Assembly (NCBI RefSeq): GCF_963921235.1
Contig: NC_086108.1
Location: 18,910,001 to 18,974,000 of the forward strand
From: Mobula hypostoma
Taxonomy: Eukaryota
Reading direction: 5' to 3'
DNA length: 64,000 nucleotides
Shown: piece after piece, positions 63,091 to 64,000 of the stretch
How the letters are laid out: each line of letters starts with the position of its first letter
How positions within the stretch are numbered: position 1 is the first letter of the stretch
Translations under genes and position numbers: made by a program
The notes under the pieces: generated by a model
The model's input: the letters and a program-made list of their open reading frames with translations, nothing else
Told to the model about the DNA's origin: nothing
Databases searched by the model: none

Positions 63091-64000
63091 GATTATTGGA
63101 GGGGACTTTATGGAGAAGTTAGCGCAGGATGCACATTCTCTGGGAGCCCTCGGCATTGAAATCAGATGACTGAAATGAAAAATGTTCGGTTGCAAGATTT
63201 ATGTTATACAGCAATAATTTATCGCTGTAAATTATGCAGTTGATCAAGCATTTTATTTCACCCACTTGTGAAAATAGGGGCAGTTCGACCAAGCCATGGC
63301 ATTTGGAAAAATCAAACAGAAGTTTTATTCCTTTCATTTGCTGCCAGTATTAGGTGTAACCGTGGAAACCATCTTCCACTGGAGACTGGTAGGCATTTTG
63401 GATCAGCCACACAGTAAAACTCTCAGTGAGGGAGGTCAAACACCAACTTACTGCTTGTCGCAGTGCTACCAAACACTGCAGTCAGAGGAGGCCTGATTCA
63501 ATTCTCCCATTACCTCAGAGGTCCTTTTTATGCCAAGGGGTCCGTGGACCCCACGTTGGGAACCCCTGTCTTCACTGGTTTCAGGAAGGCTAACAGTAAG
63601 TTAGCCAGCCTGTAAGTCTGTGCATATTTGAAGTGTTTTCCAATCCTGTTGTAATACAAGACCCTTTCACTCTTACACCAGAAAATGTTTACTAAACATT
63701 AAATGAAACTATTAACTATTCCAATATCACTCACGAAGCCAGGTGAACGCTTGGTGCCCCACCTCTTCCTAATCTGAAGTGTAAAGGGTGCTACATGTGG
63801 TATGATAAGACTAATAATGCCTACTGTCCAAAGGGCAGATGGTTGATTGATGTTAAAAATGAAGTTGAGGTGAGATGTTGCTGCCTGTGGTACGCTTGGT
63901 AATGTGGGCAGAACACCTGATTTAAAGAACATAGGTAGGTATGTAATAAAAGAGAAATTATCCCTGTTTACATATTGCCTTTTCATACATCACAGCTCCA

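Overview
Eukaryotic, vertebrate DNA; the repeat families suggest a cartilaginous fish, probably a ray or shark (inference). The only host coding sequence I can support is one 233-bp exon on the minus strand (48055-48287). It encodes the second LIM domain of the LIM-homeobox factor LMX1A, so the rest of the window is read as two large LMX1A introns. These are packed with retroelements: (1) several CR1 LINEs, including a multi-level nest at about 16.1-28.7 kb; (2) an internally deleted Ty3/Gypsy element and a solo LTR; (3) Rex1/Babar-type LINE remnants; (4) tRNA-derived SINEs and hAT MITEs; (5) many Penelope-like (GIY-YIG) pieces. The most striking pattern is a family of Penelope-derived inserts carrying a minimal type I hammerhead ribozyme (CUGANGA...GAAA-CG-UC). 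Three ribozyme copies are intact. Five short inserts (about 100-240 bp, with 11-14 bp target-site duplications) all have their 5' boundary or fold-back centre within the ~40-nt ribozyme, and some inserted as palindromes. Several repeat-free, homeobox-site-rich blocks are candidate LMX1A enhancers. Boundaries of old, degenerate repeats are approximate, and no database searches were run.
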